The notes below the pieces were generated by a model that ran no database searches, had not been told where the DNA came from, and saw nothing but the letters and a program-made list of their open reading frames with translations. From an uncultured Rhodothermales bacterium (GTDB lineage: Bacteria; Bacteroidota; Rhodothermia; Rhodothermales; VXPQ01), in the NCBI GenBank assembly GCA_964608315.1, contig CAZSNF010000007.1:5508-69507 (forward strand): a DNA stretch of 64,000 nt, written 5' to 3'. The position numbers and the translations under genes are program-made. Within the stretch, counting starts at the first letter, position 1. Each line of letters opens with the position of its first letter. Of this stretch, positions 60,501-64,000 are shown one piece after another.

Positions 60501-62498
60501 TTGCGAGAGATCACCCACGTGGATGCCAGGGACGCCATACTGATTCGGATGTACGCGGCGCTGACGGCGCTGAGCCTGCTGCCCCTGCTCGTTATCGGGC
60601 AGGTCTTCCGCATTCATCTTACGGAGGGCGGCGATCTGCGGGATCAGGGACAGCGACAAACCAATTCGTTCGTCGGCGTCCCGGCGATGCGGGGCGCTAT
60701 CTATGATCGCGCGGGCCGGACGCTGGCGGTGAATACGGCGCGCTACGATCTGGCGATCGACCCGACGGTTTCCGGCTTCGACGAACAGCGAGATGCGTTC
60801 TTTGAAAGATTGTCAAATCTGACCGGCGCTTCTGCGGCGCACTACCGACAGCGCGTACGCGAACGAACCAGTCCGCAGTACGCGCCGCTGGTCAGGGGCC
60901 TGTCGGAGGAGCAGAAGGAGGAAGTGGAGCGCTGGGAGACGCCCGGCGTTATTCTTGATCCGGCCTTTGCCCGCCGGTACAATCACGGACCAACCGCTTC
61001 GCATGTGTTGGGCTATGTGAATTCCGACGGGATCGGGCTGAGCGGCCTGGAACTGCAATACGACGAGTATTTGCGGGGAGTGGACGGACGGCGACCCGTA
61101 CAGCGCAACCGGCTGGGCCGGATCAGGACGTTCGTTTCGGGGAAAGTGGTCGAGCCGGTGCATGGAGAATCGCTTGTCCTGACCATCGACCTGCTGCGGC
61201 AGGCTATTCTGGAGGAAGAACTGGCTCGGGGCGTTGCTGAAATGGAAGCCCTGTCCGCATCGGCGGTGGCGCTAGATCCGCGCACCGGGGCGGTGCTCGC
61301 CATGGCCAACGCGCCGGCGTTCGATCCCAACCGGGCGGGCGCCTGGCCAGCGGAAACGCGCCGCAACCGCGTGATTACGGACCGGATGGAGCCGGGCTCC
61401 ACGTTCAAACTCGTGTCCGCCGTATCCGCCATCGAGCAGCGCCTTGTGGGGATGGAAGATTCGGTCGATACCGGGGACGGATGGGTCGTGGTGCATGGAC
61501 GTACGTTCACTGATACGCGCGCGCACGGGGCCATCCCGTTTCGGGAAGTGATTTCGCTTTCGAGCAATGTGGGCACGGCGAAAGTGGTGTCCCGCGCAGA
61601 CAGGGATACGTTTTACGGGCATGCCCGTAATTTCGGGTTCGGACAGCGCACGGGGATCGATCTTCCCGGAGAGGTGCAGGGATTGCTGAAGCCCCCCGAC
61701 GAGTGGAGCGGCGCGACGCTGACGGCCATGGGCATCGGGTACGAAGTGGACGTCACGCTTTTGCAGACGGCCGTGGCGTATGCGGCGCTTGCGAACGGCG
61801 GACGGCTCGTGCAACCGCATGTGGTCGCCGAGCGGCGAGACGTAACCGGTCGAACCACATGGACGGCCCGGCGGGATTCCGCGCGGCGGGCGTTTATGCC
61901 CTCGACGGCGGAAACCATTCTGCCCGCGTTTCTGGGGGCGGTGGAAATGGGCACGGCGACCCGCGCGCAGATAGCGGGCCTGAAGGTGGCGGGCAAAACG
62001 GGCACTTCCCTCAAAGCAGAGGACGGCGGCTATCGCGAGGATGCACACCGGGCTTCGTTTGCAGGATTTTTCCCTGCGGACGATCCGCAAATCGTGCTTG
62101 TGGTGGCTGTGGACGAACCGCAAACATTTCAGCATGGCGGACAGGTCGCCGCGCCGATTTTCCAGCGCGCGGCTGCCCGCTGGCTTGCTACGTTTCCCGA
62201 ACTGTCCCGGCAGGCGTTTTCGGCCGCGCAATTTTCGTCCGAGGCTCCGCCCGATGGGTCTATGTCCGGGTCCGCGCCCGCGCGTCCCGTATTGCTTCGG
62301 GAGCAGAACGAAACGAATGCAGCGCCCCTGACAGGCGACGCCGTTCCCGATTTCAGGGGATGGACCATGCGCGAGGCGGCCTACTGGTTGTCGCGCCGGA
62401 ATATCCCGCTCCGCATTGAGGGGAAAGGGGTCGTATCGTCCCAATATCCCGAAGCCGGATACCCTCTTGGGCAAACCGTCGTACTGCGATCCCGATGA
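60501..62498 (+). CDS. ftsI: Penicillin-binding protein 3 (peptidoglycan D,D-transpeptidase FtsI)
   Basis: N-terminal TM. Transpeptidase motifs STFK (EPGSTFKLVSA), SSN (SLSSNVG), KTGT (AGKTGTS). C-terminal PASTA-like segment. TTG start uncertain. Confidence 0.9.
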   Translation: MREITHVDARDAILIRMYAALTALSLLPLLVIGQVFRIHLTEGGDLRDQGQRQTNSFVGVPAMRGAIYDRAGRTLAVNTARYDLAIDPTVSGFDEQRDAFFERLSNLTGASAAHYRQRVRERTSPQYAPLVRGLSEEQKEEVERWETPGVILDPAFARRYNHGPTASHVLGYVNSDGIGLSGLELQYDEYLRGVDGRRPVQRNRLGRIRTFVSGKVVEPVHGESLVLTIDLLRQAILEEELARGVAEMEALSASAVALDPRTGAVLAMANAPAFDPNRAGAWPAETRRNRVITDRMEPGSTFKLVSAVSAIEQRLVGMEDSVDTGDGWVVVHGRTFTDTRAHGAIPFREVISLSSNVGTAKVVSRADRDTFYGHARNFGFGQRTGIDLPGEVQGLLKPPDEWSGATLTAMGIGYEVDVTLLQTAVAYAALANGGRLVQPHVVAERRDVTGRTTWTARRDSARRAFMPSTAETILPAFLGAVEMGTATRAQIAGLKVAGKTGTSLKAEDGGYREDAHRASFAGFFPADDPQIVLVVAVDEPQTFQHGGQVAAPIFQRAAARWLATFPELSRQAFSAAQFSSEAPPDGSMSGSAPARPVLLREQNETNAAPLTGDAVPDFRGWTMREAAYWLSRRNIPLRIEGKGVVSSQYPEAGYPLGQTVVLRSR

Positions 62499-63997
62499 AA
62501 ACGTTCGGAGCCTTGCTGGAAACGTTGCGGGCCGCCGGCCTGCTCATGGAGACATGGGGAAACATTGACAATATCGATATCGACCATGTGGCTGGAGATA
62601 GCCGCAAGGTCGGGCCGAACGGTCTTTTCGTCGCCATTCGCGGCGTTGAGATCGACGGCCACCTGTTCATTGACAAGGCTGTTCAAAACGGAGCCATCGC
62701 GATCGTGTGCGAGGCGGCGTCGGCGCGGCGGACATTCCGGCGTTCCGGCGTCGCCTTCGCGCGCGTCCGGGATAGCCGATGGGCCCTTGCGGCGCTTGCC
62801 GCCGCCTGGCGCGACAACCCGTCGCATGCGTTGCGCACGGTTGGCGTGACCGGAACCAACGGCAAGACGACCGTTGCGTTTCTGGTGTGGCAGGCGCTCG
62901 GGTTGCTGGGCGTACAGGCCGGTTTCACAGGGACGATCGGGGTGCGCGTGGGGAACGAAGCTTTTCCCGCCTCCCTGACGACGCCCGACGCGCTGGACGT
63001 GCAGCGCTTCCTGCGTCGCATGGCGGACGAAGGATGCGCCGCCTGCGCGATGGAGGCGTCTTCCCATGCGCTGGATCAGCATCGCCTTGCGGGCGTGGCG
63101 TTCGATGTGGCCGTGTTCACGAACCTGACCCGGGATCATCTCGACTACCACAAAACATTCTCCGCATATTTTGCGGCGAAAAAAACGCTTTTTGATCGGC
63201 TGGACGCAAGCGCTGCGGCCGTGTTCAATGCGGACGATCCGGCGGGCGCTCGCATGGTCGCCGATACGCGCGCAGCCTGTACTTCGTACGGGCTGGACGC
63301 CCCGGCCGATATCCGCGCCGGGGTGGTTGAGGACGCGCTGGACGGACTGACGCTTCGCATCGAGGGCCGTACGCGCCGTTTTCGGCTTGCCGGACGGTTC
63401 AACGCATGGAATGTGCTGGCGGCCTGGGGCGCGTTGCGGGCGCTGGGATACGGCGCCGCCGCGCTGGAGGCGCTGGAAGAAGCCCGGCCCGCCCCGGGGC
63501 GCTTCGAGCAGATGCGATTCGAGGACGGCGCGCATGTCGTCGTCGATTTTGCGCATACTCCCGCCGCGCTCCAGGCCGTGCTCGAAACCATAACGGCTGC
63601 GAAGCCGCCTGACGCGCAGATATGGTGCGTTTTCGGTTGCGGAGGGGATCGGGATCGGGCAAAGCGTCCCGCGATGGGCGCCGTGGTCGAGCGATTCGCC
63701 GACCGCGCGATCGTTACGAGCGATAATCCTCGCACCGAAGACCCCGCTCGGATTTTGCAAGATATCCGGGCCGGGTTCGTCGATCCGAAGCGGGCGCTTT
63801 TCGTTGCGGATCGCGGAGAGGCCATTGTCGAAGCAAGCCGCCTCGCTCGTCCGGGAGACATTGTGCTTGTGGCCGGGAAGGGACACGAAACGCGGCAGCT
63901 TATCGGAACGGACAGCAGGCGTTTCGACGACAGGGAAGCAGTCCGGGCGGCATTTGCTTGCCGGTCTGCGGCCCGTACGCCGCAGACCCCCGAATAA
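62495..63997 (+). CDS. murE: UDP-N-acetylmuramoyl-L-alanyl-D-glutamate--2,6-diaminopimelate ligase
   Basis: GVTGTNGKTT P-loop, the DHLDYH region, a DNPR motif near the C-terminus. ATGA overlap with ftsI (62495-62498). 500 aa. Confidence 0.95.
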   Translation: MKTFGALLETLRAAGLLMETWGNIDNIDIDHVAGDSRKVGPNGLFVAIRGVEIDGHLFIDKAVQNGAIAIVCEAASARRTFRRSGVAFARVRDSRWALAALAAAWRDNPSHALRTVGVTGTNGKTTVAFLVWQALGLLGVQAGFTGTIGVRVGNEAFPASLTTPDALDVQRFLRRMADEGCAACAMEASSHALDQHRLAGVAFDVAVFTNLTRDHLDYHKTFSAYFAAKKTLFDRLDASAAAVFNADDPAGARMVADTRAACTSYGLDAPADIRAGVVEDALDGLTLRIEGRTRRFRLAGRFNAWNVLAAWGALRALGYGAAALEALEEARPAPGRFEQMRFEDGAHVVVDFAHTPAALQAVLETITAAKPPDAQIWCVFGCGGDRDRAKRPAMGAVVERFADRAIVTSDNPRTEDPARILQDIRAGFVDPKRALFVADRGEAIVEASRLARPGDIVLVAGKGHETRQLIGTDSRRFDDREAVRAAFACRSAARTPQTPE

Positions 63998-64000
63998 CCG

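Overview
The window is GC-rich (about 58% or more in hand-counted 60-nt lines of core genes). BatA_N, DUF2911 and DUF3500 proteins and the gene content suggest a Bacteroidota/Rhodothermota-like chromosome, at low confidence. The core genes are a partial MMPL/RND transporter, two GT4 glycosyltransferases, uvrA, metF-metH, a batA-like gene, hflX, a binding-protein gene, an S9 peptidase, gyrB, a GT2-GT4-methyltransferase set, pyrG, and the dcw start mraZ-rsmH-ftsL-ftsI-murE.

At least eight lower-GC conflict or mobile insertions sit between these genes:
- a frameshifted hicA with an intact hicB
- a membrane-protein cassette split by one in-frame TAA
- hipBA with AT-rich operators
- a lone PIN gene
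- a class II-like Fic gene
- an ABC-type ATPase with a small TOPRIM-like partner
- a roughly 14 kb phosphorothioation (Ssp-like) island
- an ATPase / PIN-like / RNA-ligase operon

The Ssp-like island contains a DUF4007 protein, a large P-loop ATPase, a PAPS-reductase-like protein and a cysteine desulfurase. It also carries a GIY-YIG + DndB-like DGQHR pair and a convergent helicase-GHKL-PLD triad.

The most unusual items:
1. The translationally coupled ATPase - PIN-like - Rnl-type ligase operon at 54131-56750.
2. A ~256-nt structured repeat with compensatory base changes that flanks the cysteine desulfurase on both sides. Related ends bracket a methyltransferase gene 6 kb away.
3. A ~120-nt shared leader containing a near-identical AAAACTGTNCAGTTTTT palindrome upstream of two unrelated defence operons. 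It appears to derive from the 3' tail of an rve-type transposase.

No CRISPR array, tRNA or rRNA was seen. All domain calls come from motif recognition by eye; no database search was run.
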